Positions 24,790-38,787 of a stretch of 64,000 nucleotides of DNA are shown in pieces. The DNA is taken from the NCBI GenBank assembly GCA_951406725.2, contig OX597824.1:53816001-53880000 (forward strand). The letters are read 5' to 3'. The notes below the pieces were generated by a model that ran no database searches, had not been told where the DNA came from, and saw only the letters and a program-made list of their open reading frames with translations. The DNA is from Octopus vulgaris. Its lineage: Eukaryota. A program made the position numbers and the translations under genes. Each line of letters opens with the position of its first letter. Within the stretch, counting starts at the first letter, position 1.

Positions 24790-24950
24790 CTATATATGAC
24801 AGGCTTCACACAATTTCCATTTACCAAATTCAAAGGGATTGGTCAATTTGGGGCCATAGAAGAAGACGCATGCCCAAGGTGCTAGGCAGTGAGACCGAAC
24901 CCAAAATGTGATTACAAAGCAAGCTTCTTAACCATAGTCATGCCTGCCTA
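24790..24950 (-). mobile_element. Old SINE head fragment
   Basis: Decayed match to the SINE head and core. Confidence 0.55.
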
Positions 24951-27175
24951 AATAGCATTAGTTTCTTACTCCCATGCCTGCCTAAACAGCATTAGTTTCT
25001 TACTTCATGCGAAGGGTGAAATTTGAACTAATAACATGGAAGTAGTTAACCACTTGAAATCACCCAGGAATATTTTGCCAGCATTGCAACTACCCAATTC
25101 GATTTGGTTCATTATATCCAACCAAGCTGGTATATAGTGATAATTAATTTCTTTTTTTATGTATTCATATTTTTTCTTCATCATAAAGTCCCACAGAATA
25201 TTTAATGAAAGACTCAAAACCCACAAATGCTTATTTTTTTTTTTTTACAATATCAAGGTAACAAGATAATATGAACTCAAGTTATATCAAGGTTTTTCAA
25301 CTTTTTTTTTTTAAACCAAGTGTCAAAGGGTGCTGTAAATTCTCATATTCATATGTTGGAGGCTTTGACAAAAATAAAAGTATAAGTTGAAATGTTCTGA
25401 AAGAAAAGTAGGGATCACCAGCAACTAAATTTAAAGTCTGCCACCAGAGGGGAAAAAGTTGAAGAAACATGACCAGTTCATCCTTTTAGTATATTTATGT
25501 AAATATCTGAAATATAACAAATACATAATCATTTCTTAATAATCCTCATAAAGATAAGTATTTTGTCCCCCAAATAAATATAGTTCAATGCCAAAACTAA
25601 ACTCACAATGAAACATTCAATAACTTATCAATGAGGCCATTGCTGTTCAATAAATAATGATACATTAACATATTCAACCATTTATATTTTGGTAATATGT
25701 TTTATTGATTTGCAGAGGTTTGAACATTTTATTGATTTCCTTCTTTTTCTTTAATACAGAAAATAATAGTATACAGTAAGTTTGCTGAATTGGGAGTGAA
25801 ATTAAAATCCTTAAAAAACAAAACCTAAAGTAAAATCCAACACATTTGATATATTGCTCCGTGGTGAATATCTACCATTTAAAAACTTATCTGGAAGTTT
25901 AAACACATAATCACAAAACATATGGTGGACATTTTAGAATTACAAGAATAATAAGTTGATGATTTCAAATAAAAAGTATAAGTTTTACAATGAAGAGTGG
26001 AAGATAAGGATACTTAAAGATGGCCATGTATATCAGCTACAGTTGTTCTATTAGTTATTTCACAAACTAAACTAAATTAAGTTAATTGTGTATGGATTAG
26101 AATTGAAATTAATTAGCAATATATATAATTCAATTTGGAAATCATTGTAGAGGAACTACTTAAACATTGAAGTTTGTAAAAAGAACTGGTATCAGTGAAA
26201 CAACAAAATAGAGAGTAACCAGAAAAAAGAAAATGCAGCAGTTAGCAGTAACAATTTTGTAGTAAGGAAATCAATATCCAAATATTTCTGATAAGACATT
26301 AAAAGAAATACTTTTGAAGTAATTTTCAATGAAAAAACAAACTGTAATGGGAACTAAATAATAAACAAAAACAAATCAATGAGCCATCTAAATCACAAGA
26401 AATTGAATAACTATCCAAGCTTAGGTCAGTAGAGACAATACATGGCATGTTTCTTATTTTGATATCCAAAATAAAATTGTTTCCACCCAAATTGTGTGAG
26501 CAGAAATAGAGAATTTTGATAATATATGTACAGATAAGTGATTGACCACTGCAATAGTAGGTTTATCAAATATGTAAACAGCTTAAAAATTGCCCAAATC
26601 TATGCAAAGTAAATCATTTAATAGCAAATTATCAATGGCAGAAAAATAATGAAAAACGAAATTAGAATAGTTTAAAAGTGGAGAAAACCAACAAATACAA
26701 TACAGTGATAATGAATTTGACACACAGAACTTAGAATAATCTTAATAACATTATGAAGGTTTGGTAAATTAATCTGCCATGAGGAGATTCCTCACAGAAA
26801 ATCAATTTATAACTCTTTCACAAATTCTCCTATGGACAACTTTTTTCTTGCAGATCACCACCTATTTCTTTTCTCATTATTATTTCCACATCTACTTTTC
26901 TTCATGAGATGGGGCATGTTAAAAGTCTTCCCTTAGGTCCTGCTTTCAGGTATTTTCTATCTTTAATCTAAACTCTGTGCTAATTTATTTACTATTCCCT
27001 AACTTTACTCTGGCCACCAACAGACATCATAGCAGCTGGTCATCCACTTAACATACTTTCTTACTACATATTGCCCCAATCTTATTGCCCTTGAAATCCC
27101 AGTCATTTTAACTGATCTGAACTCAGATCCATTTCTTAGTCATACTGTGAATCATACACATATACAGATATATAT

Positions 27176-27210
<35 letters not shown>

Positions 27211-30200
27211 CATTAACATATATAGGTTACAAAGAAAAAAATAAAACACTCAACCCGTTATGAAAGCTAAATGATTTAACAAGTTGATTCAGCTGCATTA
27301 CTTACAGATGTGAAATGATATCTAGCTTATCAGATGCCAAAAGCCTCTGAAGAGCTAAACATGGTTTTACATTTACAGAACTTTCAATGATGTAAGGCTT
27401 AGTCAACCTGTTTGTGTATGTGTGTGTATAAAATTGCAGTTTGGCTCAGCTCCACATTAAAGTTTTGTGAGCATAGGACACATCCATATCATCAGATTTT
27501 AGGAGGCAGTGGAGAGGATTCAAAACAAATTTAAAATGGCATACTGGCGAGAATATATAGGCCTCCATTGGTGAGATAAGGTCACATGGTCATTTTTGCT
27601 ATCATACTCTTCCTTACTCATCTGGGGCTCTTAATAGCCAACTCTATCTCCATCAGAAACTGCACATATTTCAGCATTCCTCAGTATCCATCAATAGGGA
27701 AATTATCTACCTTACTGTAGCCATCAAAAGTATGCTGCTAATTGAATTTAAGCTGTTGGCTACTAATAACCTGAATGTACCAATCTATGTCAAACTGGTC
27801 CACACACAATGGCAGTGTATATAATTCCTACTGCTTGTAGAGATTCCATCTGACTATAATTCCTGTCAGTCATACAAACTCATACTTAACTTGACACTAT
27901 CAAATCATCTATTTCCCATGTGATAGCTGCTATCACTGAAATAGTACACCCTACAGAATGATGACAAATGGATACCAACATCTTGTCTGCTCTGCTATGT
28001 GCCAATGTAACAAGCCAAAGAGCTGAAATATCACACTGTACAGAGTGAAAAGTGATGTCAACATCCTGTTGGCTCCATGTGAACCTACCAATAAAATAAC
28101 TGATGTTGCTATGATAGCAAAAATAACCAATGGAGGCCTGAATACTTTCTTTCAAATTCTTTTGACTGTCTCTGAACACCTGATGTCGATACCCACAGAA
28201 CTTAGTTATGTGACGCTGAGTCAAACTTATTGAAGGCATATAACTCCAACTAAATGTTTTGAATGCTACTTTTTTTGATAAAACTAAATCCCACAGTTTG
28301 AACTACATCACTTAATGTCCATTTTCCATGCTGGCATGGGTTGGACAGTTTGACAGGATCTGGCAAGCTACAGAGCAGTGCCAAGCTCCAAATGAATAAC
28401 AAAATTTATAAAATGTTTATACAAACCACAAAACCTTTTCTTATTTACAGAGGATATAGATGACCACTGTGAAGTATGTTTTATAATTTTGCTCATTCGT
28501 TTTCTCATTATTTTTCTGCTTTTGAGATGTAGAGACAAGAATATGCCTGCAAAATGGCCTCTCTTCTAGGATCCAATCATTTATTCTATTAACTCCAATT
28601 CTGTTCAGTTAGTCAATGTTCACAATTTTTATATCAGCATTTCTTTGGCTTTTCTCTGTCTGTCTGTCTCTCCCCATGTATGTATGTATATTATATATAT
28701 TTCACTTTACATCAATTACTAACTATAGTAATTTTTATTAATGTTTTGAAATCTATTCTCAACAAAAATCATTCCCTTTGAGTTTCCCTTTCACAAACAG
28801 TATCTAATGCCTAACTCTCAGCTGCCTTCTATGCTTGACTGACCTATGTGATATTTCTCAAAATTAATGTTGTACAACTTGCAAACCTTACCTTATTCCT
28901 GCTGTCAAGTTTTTATTTATCCTAAGAGCAGTATTACACCGGAAAAAACTAAAAACCTAAAACCGATATTCTGTTTTATTCACTTAGAGTTTACTGACAT
29001 AGCTAAGTTTATATAAGATTAATAAATTTCAAACATGTTTTCATTTGATCAATAAATGTAACTACACAATCTTTGTGTTCAAATTTAATAACTGATTGCT
29101 ATAATATTCTAATGAACTGTTTTTTAAATACACACATTTATGTATGTACGCTTAGAATAAAATCAAGTAATTTAATCTTGTTCTATAAAAACAAATCAAG
29201 TGAATTAACCAAGCTCAGGTTGAGATGGATAACAATCCACTAAATTACATATAGCTATCAACTAATTGTACATATTAGTAACTAAAAACAGCAAAACATT
29301 TATTGCAGCCTAATTATATGTTGCAATAGGATGTTAATGAAATTTTTAATATGAAAAATTGTCCTTGAATGAATCATAAAAAAAAAAAATGAAAAGTAGA
29401 AAAACAATTTGTGACTCAAATTTTATAATAATGAATGTATATGATAGATGAGTGACAATGGCATTGATCAACCTACTGAGAGATAGTATCAGTTCTGTCA
29501 GCTTTTATGCTACACATTTCAGTCAACAACAATATTCAAAGTTCAATTCCCTCTAAAATATTATTATCATTACTGTGGTACAGACCTCATCTCTTTCCTT
29601 GGGAGAGAAAAAAAAACCTGCATTCCTTCTCTGGGGGGAAATGTCCCAAGTGCTTCAAAAACTAGAACAACAAAACCTTTGAGCAAAAGAGGTGGGTGAA
29701 TGAAAAAATAAAATCATCTCAATGAAGTTCCAGACATTGGAAGATTGTCAAAGACTGTAGTAAAAATAAAAACAATAAAATGAGAGAGAAAAGGCAGAAG
29801 TGGGGGGAGGAGATGCAAACCAAAACACACAAATACATTATGCAAAAGAATTCAAAGTGAAAACATACAGAATGCAAAAAAAAAAATTACTATAAAACAT
29901 AAAAGTAATTTAAGTCACACACACTATCACAGCAAGTCACTGAAAGATTTGTTTATTAAGATTTCCAGCAAAATTAATCAGCAAGAATTGAAATTATGCT
30001 ACAAGGTGCATTAGGAAAGTTTTATGAAGTGAACTGTTACTGCAAGCCATCAAATTAGAGTAAATTTCATATATGAAGTCTAAATTTCACTAACTTCAAA
30101 TTTTCCACCCTTCCACACACCAACAGTTTACAGTATATATTGATTTTCCTGGATCAGTTAATATAATAATGAAAAACAAAAACGATTATATAATTTATGT

Positions 30201-30813
30201 TATTGAATATTAGGTTACAAATGATAAATTTATATAAAGATGATATTGATAAATGTAATAATCAAAATATATTTTACTGTTGTTATTAATTAGAAAAAAC
30301 AATTATCATTGAAATTCCTAATAAGGTTTCTAATTTCTAATTTAATCTCATTAATATTGACATTGGTATTATTTTACGTGTTAATATAGGTAGGATGGCT
30401 TTGCTGGAGCAACTGTTTTGATAGCTGGATGCCCATTTTATCACTAATCACTTTGATATTAGTCTAGCAGAGAGGTAGGCAGAGTTATGTCCCTTGCCCA
30501 AAAGTACAACACAATGGCTCTCCCTATTCAAGAAAGTAAACACTGGTCTAATATCCTAATTCATAGTCATTGTGTCAAAACACTAAATTATAAAAGCTAT
30601 ATATATCTTTAAGATTTTTTTTTATTTCAGTGGAAAAAAGTTACTAGTATTTGCTAACATTATTTCAAATAAAATATATTAGCAGGCGCTTTGTTAATTT
30701 ATAAAACTACTTTGAATAAAATTGATAGACAGTAGACAGAAGTAAAAGCAAACAAATATTGATTGTTTAGCTTTATTTATATGTGCATATGTGTACCTAA
30801 CACTTACACATAG

Positions 30814-30861
<48 letters not shown>

Positions 30862-31879
30862 GTCAATATCTGTGTGTGTGCACATGCATACACACATACA
30901 TGAATATATGCTTGAGATATTGTTGCAATAATTTATAGTTCAGACAAAACTATCCTACTAGTAAGGCAGCCAGCTGGTATAATAAAAGAATCAAAATATT
31001 GATAACTAATGTGATGAACAGGTTTTCTTTACACAATCTCAAGTGCTTCCATATTAATGATTTTTAGTTTATTAATAATACAATTAATAATAATAAATTT
31101 TAACCCCATTATTGTGTCATCTTGTTCCATGCTGGTATGGTAGATTATCAAAATGTATGTACTACAATAGAAACAATAGCTATGCTGCTACGCTTAACAG
31201 AAGCTTTATCGTTAAAAATGGAGTTAAAATAAAAAGCAGCAATTTAGTTAACAAAATGAAGATCTGAGGTGTAAGAATTTCAAAATTCAAAAATTTCTTA
31301 TAAGAAATTTTAGAACTAAAACTATATGCCAAATTAAAAAGTTGGGGGAAAAGAGGGAACAAAATTTTTAGTTCCATTTACCAAAAGTTTCTTAGTTCCA
31401 TTGAGTGGGGCAATAAAGAAATGGAGAATTTAAACGGGTGTAAAGGTGGTAAATTAATGAAATGGATTAAAGACCAGCAGTGGACTATTGAGTTTACATA
31501 CATATTAGCAGTTTGAACAACAAAAAGAAAGATCCTTGTTGTTTGATGGGGAGGGGTGGCTGTTAGAAGTAGATCATTATTAGCACTCAGAGATGGCAGA
31601 ATAGTATCCGTCAAATATTTTGCACAGAAATATATATGAATGCAGAATTCTCTTTGGAAATTAATTTCATATTTGGTCATTAAAACGTCAATTTATGTAT
31701 ATTTTGGGAACATATCTATAGGTTGGTAGATACAAATGTATAATATAGACGTGTGAGTGTATGAGTGCAAATCTCTGGGTCTATATAACTTTATCAGCTT
31801 GAATTTCTTGGCCTCTACACACAGAGCTGTTGCACTTCTGTGAGAGGCTGGTCCAAAAATCAAAAACTCAAAAACAAAG

Positions 31880-32202
31880 TCAACCAGTGAAGTTGCTGAA
31901 GTCAGTCTTCAAAGTTATAGTGGGTTTCGTTGGTTGAGCACTGAGCTTCATATTCTGTTGGTTTGGTGCCATTTTTTGGGATGTCTGGTTTGCTTTCACT
32001 GCAGCTTCCAAACGAGGCTTGAGATCTGCAGCAGAACTCATTGCCCTGCGAAAATCTTTTGGATACAAAGGACCGACTTTCATAAGACGCTGCAATGCAT
32101 GGTCATGTAAGAACTTAGATGCTGGAGAACATGACACCAGTATTTTATCACTGAGTAAAAATGAAATCAAGATAGGAACAAGTACCAGAATAATATTCAC
32201 AC
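31880..32202 (-). CDS. HEATR5B: HEAT repeat-containing protein 5 (HEATR5A/B), terminal coding exon
   Basis: tttcag acceptor, phase 1; (R)VNIILVLVPILISFLL...LHDHALQRLMKVGPLYP...LKPRLEAAVKA...PTITLKTDFSNFTG*, matching the HEATR5 C-terminus. Confidence 0.93.
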
Positions 32203-32521
32203 CTGAAATTTAAAGAACATTTATAAGATTAGATCATTTATAGAAATAATGATATAAATTATAATGAAAACAAGGTAAAAACAGTAACACTTTTGTTCCA
32301 CAACTACTGCAATGTTTTAGGCTCAACATTTTCATAAAAGAGAATGAAGCAGTAATCTGTGTATATTCCTACCAGTTACTCCCCAAGCTCAAGGATTGGA
32401 TATTACCAAGATCCAGTGGTTGAACCCTATATCTCTCTTTATCAGTTTAGTGTTAGTCCAAAACTAATGTTTTAGGGTTTACAAGGTGGTATCAAAAAGT
32501 TCCCAGACTAATATATATATA

Positions 32522-32890
32522 CTAGCAGTATCGCCCGGCGTTGCTCGGGTTTGTAAGGGAAATAACTATAAAGCATTTTTAGAGAGTTATAGCCAAAAAA
32601 TGGAAAAAAATGATGGTAAATTTTTTTTTAGTTAAAAAGGTCGAGTTGCGTCCCCATGACAGTCTGTGGCTTGTGTTTCTGATTCTCGACCCCATGTCGA
32701 ATTTATCGATTTTTTTCAGAACTGGGGGAACTTTTCAAAATTTTCGCTGCGTTAGTTTTGAATTATGACATTGGGCTATGTGTGTGTCAAGTTTCATCAG
32801 AATCGGTTGAAAGCCGTGGTCAGGGTGAGGGTACAACCTAACAGACACACAGAAACACACACAGACAAACTGCCGTTTATATATAGAGAG
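32522..32890 (-). mobile_element. Non-autonomous Helitron nested in the mariner
   Basis: 3' hairpin cccgagcaacgccggg plus CTAG; 5' TCTATATATAAA; the last ~70 bp are nearly identical to 60215-60283. Confidence 0.85.
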
Positions 32891-33635
32891 AGATATACAT
32901 GGCTGTGTGTGCAGTGAAAGCTAGCATTGACCTTTATGAGACAAAGTGCCAAGTGACATCACTGTGTTTACTTCACAAGTTCTGAAATTTGTTCTTGAGT
33001 ATGTTGTAGTCTGCAATTTTTGTTATGGACAGGAAGTTGGAACAAAGAGCTAACGTGAAATTTTACATTAAACTTGGGAAGTCTGCTACAGAGACATTGA
33101 GCATGCTTCAGCAAGCTTACGATGACGAGGCAATGGGTCGTACACAATGTTTTGAATGGCGGAAGAATGTCCCTGGAAGATGAGGAGTGATCTGGAAGAC
33201 CTGCCACGAGTATCACCTCTGGAAATGTGGTATTGTGCATCGAGAATTCATCTTCCAGGGCCAGACCGTCAATCTTGAGTTCTACTGCGATGTTTTCAAG
33301 CATTTGAGGGAGGACATTCGGCAAAAGCAACGGGATATGTGGAGTGCGAAGAATTGGATTCTTCACTGAGCTCTCCTCAATTGTGAGTTTCTCATCAAAA
33401 ACAACATGGTATCACTTCTACACCAACCCTATTTGCCAAATATAACACCTGCAGACTTCCATCTTTGCCTCAAGATGAAAATGCAGCTCAAAGGTCACCA
33501 TTTTAACATTATTGTGGAGATCCAGAGTGAATTGCAAAAGGTCCTTGACTTCCTTATGGAAAACATCTTCCAGGCAGACTCCAAAAGTGACAGGAATGTT
33601 AGAACTAATGTATTGCTGCACATGATGACTATTTC

Positions 33636-34985
33636 AAAGGCGTAGGTAGAAACTCTATAAGATGTACCCAGTGTAAGCTATGGACACATAAGAGGTGCAG
33701 CAATATAAAAGGAAGGCTAACTGGGAGGATAGTTTTCATATGTGTCAGATGCTCAGGAGCTATATATAACACTGAAAATGTGCAGAGAGCAACTTCCGCC
33801 ACATTCCAGGGAGAAAAACTAGAAGTAGTTGATAGCTTCTGTTACCTAGGCGACCAAATCAGTAGCGGAGGAATGTGCACTGAAAGTGTAGCTGCTAGAA
33901 TAAGAATAGCCTGGGCTAAGTTCAGAGAGCTCTTACCTCTGCTGGTGACAAAGAGCCTCTCGCTCAGAGTAAAAGGTAGACTGTACGACGCATGTGTACG
34001 AACAGCCATGCTACATGGCAGTGAAACATGGGCTGTGACTGCTGAAGATATGCTTAAGCTCGCAAGGAATGAAGCCAGCATGCTCCGATGGATGTGTAAT
34101 GCCAGTATGCATACTCGACTGAGTGTTAGTACTCTGAGAGAAAGGTTGGACCTAAGAAACATCAGATGTGGTGTGCAAGAGAGATGACTGTGCTGGTATA
34201 GTCATGTGGCGAGAATGGATGTGGATAGCTGTGTGAAAAAGTGCCACACCCTAGCAGTTGAGGGAACCTGTGGAAGAGGTAGACCCAGGAAGACCTGGGA
34301 TAAGGTGGTGAAGCATGACCTTCAAATATTGGGCCTCACCAAGGCAATGACTAGTGACTGGGACCTCTGGAAATATGCTGTGCTCCAGAAGACTCGGCAA
34401 GCGCAAGTGTGACCATAACCTTGTGGCCTATGCTAGGGGGAAACCAGTCCACTTATGCATGCCTTTTCCTCATTGGACAATAAACTCTGCTTGTGAAGAC
34501 CAGTTGAGGCAAGTGAAATCGAAGTAGAAATTAAACTCGGTGACTGGCATCCATTGCTAGTGGAGCGCTAAGAGTACCAAAGAAGTGAGATTGTTGCCTG
34601 AGCAACAAACTGGCCTTCATGCCGGTGGCACGTTAAGCACACCATTCAAGCGTGATTGTTATCGCATCACCTTACTAGCACTTGTGCTGGTGGCATGTGA
34701 AACATTCGAGTAAGGATGTTGGCAGTGCCACTGGACTGGCTCCTGTGCAGGTGGCACGTAAAAAGCACCATTTGGACGTAGCCGTTGCCAGTACCACCAA
34801 ACTGGCCCTCGTGCCGGTGGCACGTAAAAGCACCCACTACACTCTCGGAGTTGTTGGCATTAGGAAGGGCATCCAGCTGTAGAAACTCTGCCAGATCAGA
34901 TTTGAGGCAGGTTCGTCAGACCTCAGTCAAATCGTCCAACCCATGCTAGCATGGAAAGTGGATGTTAAATGATGATGATGATGTT
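33636..34985 (+). mobile_element. 5'-truncated RTE LINE nested in the mariner
   Basis: ORFs 33780..34187 and 34206..34412; (GAT)n tail. Confidence 0.92.
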
Positions 34986-35099
34986 AAAACTTAGGTAAAT
35001 AAGTTAATTTTTTTATTAAACATAACAAGTCTGGGAACTTTTTGATACCACCAAGTAGAATCATAATAAAGTTGTTTATTTAACATCTGCCAGTGCTGG

Positions 35100-36560
35100 A
35101 AGTTAAGAAATATAATTTCTGATGACTTAGATCTGATGATTCAGTTTAGGTCAGGTATGGGGTCATCTGCTATAGTAGTGGATTGCTGCATCCACTATTT
35201 GTTGGTATTTGCCTGGGTTATCCCAGGCAACCCTCTGAGCAGTGTTCCAGTCAGTCCCCATCTCTATGAGATATTTCCTCATTCATCATGACCATATGGT
35301 CAACCAACACGAGCTGTCACCCCAGTTGGATCCTCAGAGAAAAGAATAAGATACACAAGATCTAACTCAGAAAATTAAGCAACCTGACCAAACACTCTGA
35401 GCTGATGCTCCTGAATCATCCATATAACAGGATGTATCCCAGTTTCAGAGAATAGTCATTGGGTGGACACTATATCTGGCAAATGGTAACACGTCATCCT
35501 GCAAAGCACCCTGATACCAAAGGAGTACAGGTGGCTCCTAAAGGCCACCAATAGTGTCTAAATTTTGCAACCAGAGTGCAAGGCAGGGACGACCAGGGAT
35601 CTGAAGACCCAGACCTTTGTCCTCCAGCTCAGATATCAATTCTCAGGCCAAGTGGTACTACTTCATTACTAAGTGAAAGGAGAGCACTCCTTAAACTATC
35701 CACAGACTCAGTAAGAATCAACTGCATCATTAGCAAAATCCTAGTTTCACCAGTGAGTGCTCCACAACTCAGTTGAGTTAACTCTTCAAATATCTAAGCA
35801 AGCTGAATGGTAGGAAGGTAGCTAGTGTTTGTAGCATCAGTGGAGAGATCATCAAGAAAGGTGGGTCTGCTGCAGTCTAGTTCTTGTGGCAGATCATCTG
35901 CTCAATCAGAAAAGATTGAGCAGATGATATGCCACAAGAACTAGACTGCAGCAGACCCACCTTTCTTGATGATCTTGACTAGAAGAGGGACACAATTATC
36001 CCTCTCTATTAAGATGACTGCTAAAGCAGCAACAGCTATAAAGCTGTTACACTCCTCTCAGTGACTGGTAAGATCTTGGTCAGGGTTATTCTTAACAGTG
36101 CAAGATCATCTGCTTGCCTTTCAGAAGCTGGAGCAGTTAGGGTTCATGGCAAAGAGGCCAATTGAGATCTGGTGGTGCATTCTAGAAAATTACACACAAT
36201 TTAGAATGTGTGGCAACAGCTTCCATTTTGTTAATAAATGTTAAAATGACTGGACACATGTATCCACTTAAACCTGGAGTGCTGAAACATCACCCTACAA
36301 ATATAATTGCCAATCACCCTCTAAGTGGGGTGAAGAAGGTTGCATATTTGGGCAGAATGATTTCCAATGACAACAGCCTGAATACTCATTACATGGAATC
36401 TCGTAGGGTTTGACAATGAGAGAGGATTATAGTTGAAGTGGATGAAACAAGAAAAGAAAGAAGCTAGAGCAGGATCTACTACATTATGCCTGCTATCTAT
36501 ATCAGTGTTCATGGCAGTATCAGCACTTTTGGTCAAGAGATCCATGAAAGACTGAGCTTG
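35100..36560 (+). mobile_element. Highly degenerate LINE remnant
   Basis: Residual RT-like peptides (SGEIIKKGG, TIIPLY, VTLLSVTGKILVRVILN, AYLG). Confidence 0.55.
35846..35975. repeat. Near-perfect hairpin (62 bp arms, 6 nt loop)
   Basis: 35846-35907 pairs with 35914-35975 with one mismatch (35892/35929). Confidence 0.97.
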
Positions 36561-37013
36561 ATGAAATTTCTTCATGATATCTGAGAGAGAGAAAGTATTG
36601 CTAACTGTTCAAATTTGTGTGTGTGTGTGTAGCAATAGTTTGAATATGTAATTTTTAGATCTTCTCATGTAATTTTTATAAACAAGGGAACAAATCAAGA
36701 AACTGGTGTTTATTAAGCTGGCTAGTATAATAATACTTCTTAAAACCAGTCAAATGATTATAGTTATCTAGTGATTATTTAAATCAATTATTTAAGAATT
36801 GTATCATGATCAGATTTTTTACAAGTCATGTTTTGATACTTTGCATATGCTTACATTTGACAAAGTTTGATTCAAATTAAAAGCTATTTAAAAGTTAATT
36901 TACTTTATTTTTATTAATTAAGAAACATTGTATTTAGGCAAGAAGATATATTTTAAAATGTCAAAAAAAAAAACCTAGAAAATTACTTCAAATCAAAAAC
37001 AAACAAATCTTAC

Positions 37014-37227
37014 GTTTCTCATCATCAGCCAAATCTAATAATGTTTCCAGCATCTTTATAGATTCAAAGATCAGGCTGAGCTCTGTCTCACTTTGAGGCT
37101 GTTCATTAGTAATTGAATAAAGATACTCAGTAACTTTGGGAGCTAAGGCATGGATAAATGGTGTGTAAACAGCACGGTCTGTATGTTGTAGAATGGAGAT
37201 AAAAGTCTGAATGCTCTTCAACTGAAG
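37014..37227 (-). CDS. HEATR5B: HEATR5 exon
   Basis: CAG/GTAAG, 214 nt, phase 0 to 1; LQLKSIQTFISILQHTDRAVYTPFIHALAP...ESIKMLETL. Confidence 0.92.
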
Positions 37228-37394
37228 CTGAAAAACAATGGAAGAGAAATTATTTTTCATATAAAAACACTATAGAAGGAATTATAAGTACTCACACAAT
37301 GATTCATGCACTGATATCAGCTAACATTTCTCAGATATATTTACATAAACAACAAAAATATAGAAGCACTGAGAAATATAAATATACACAGGAT

Positions 37395-38787
37395 TTAGAC
37401 TCTCTCAAATGCCCAGGAGGCTCTTTTGAGGTTGTATATAGTTTCTGTTACCCAGGTGACCAAATTAGAGATGGTGGAGGATGTTCTGAAAGTATTGTTT
37501 CTAGAATAAGAATTGGGTGGAGGAAGTTCAGAGAGCTATTACTCTCTCTCAGATGCTTGTGTGCAAATGGCTACACTCCATGGTAGTGAGACATGGGCTC
37601 TGAATGCAGAAGACATGCGTAGACTAGAGAGGAATGAAGGTAGTATGCTCTGTTGGATGTGCAACATCAGTGTGTTTGTACGACAAAGTGAAAATTATTG
37701 AGAGAAAAGTTGGACATAAGAGGAAGCAAAGGTAGCATGCAAGAATGAAGATGATGTTGGTTTGGACATGTGATGCTTATGAATGAGGACAGCTGCATAA
37801 AGAAGTGCTGATCACTGAAAGTAGATGGTACCCGCAAAAGAGGGAAACCCAGGGAGGCATGGGATGGAGTGAAGAGGGCTGATCTCAGGATGCTGGGCCT
37901 CATGGACGAAATGACAATGGATCAAGATGTTTGGCTATATGAAGTTCTTGAGAAGACCCACCCATGTCAGCGAAACTGAGTTCTAGAAGTGCGGTGTCCC
38001 ACCCACACTTACCGAGAAAATTTCTCACACACTCTACCGCAACAAACCAAACTAAATCTCTTCTTGTCCTCACATTTCCACTCATGTACTAGGCTTATCT
38101 CCCACTCCCCAATCCTGTCCTCTTGGACCTGTACTACTGTATCATTGCTCTTCACTAGCTTCCAACCTGTGTGTTCCACCTATGCCCTGTCTCACTGTAT
38201 CATTGCGTATGCCCGGCACTTTGCCACCATCTCTATCCTTTTCCTGCACTTCCCTCAGGTTGCGTAAACCTGTATTTCCTTTGCAGCAATGCACCTGTTT
38301 CTATCTTCATTCCTGATCTCTGTCTCTCTCTTTTCAGCCGGGTAACCTTGTACCTCCTCTACAGCAAGACACCTGTTTCTGTCTCTCTGCTTCACTATGA
38401 CCTTTCAACATCCGACACAAGATCACCTCCTCCAATGCCCCCTCCCCTCTCAAAAGAGTTTCTTTTTCATCTTGCAAGTACTTGGTGACCCTGTCAGTGC
38501 CAGGTACCACTTAAAAGTACCCAGTCCACACTGTAAAGTGGCTGGCATTTGGAAGGGCATCCAGCTGTAAAAACTTTGCCAAAACTGACCTTGCCTGTGC
38601 TTGTGCCACATAAAAAGCACTAAGTCCGCTCTGCTTAGTGGTTGGTATTAGGGAGGGCATCCAGCTGTATAAAATCCTGCCAAAACAGTTACAGAAGTCT
38701 GGTGCCGGCTTCTGTCTAGCCGGCTCTTGTCAAACTGTTCCGACCATGCCAGCATGGAAGGTGGATGTTAAACAATGATGAGGATGA
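37395..38787 (+). mobile_element. Old RTE LINE 3' part
   Basis: SFCYPGD...WRKFRELL, LHGSETW, then a 3' UTR and tail related to 2280-2860. Confidence 0.8.

Larger units (their letters stand above)
32482..35055 (+). mobile_element. Mariner element with two nested insertions
   Basis: TIRs caaggtggtatcaaaaagttcccagact / agtctgggaactttttgataccaccaag flanked by TA; transposase fragments GIVHREF...GQTVN, WILH, PYLPNITPADF. Confidence 0.88.

Noticed and set aside
27540-28240. ORF 27886..28239 as a gene or element
   Set aside because: No recognisable motif; possibly a very old repeat, but unsupported.
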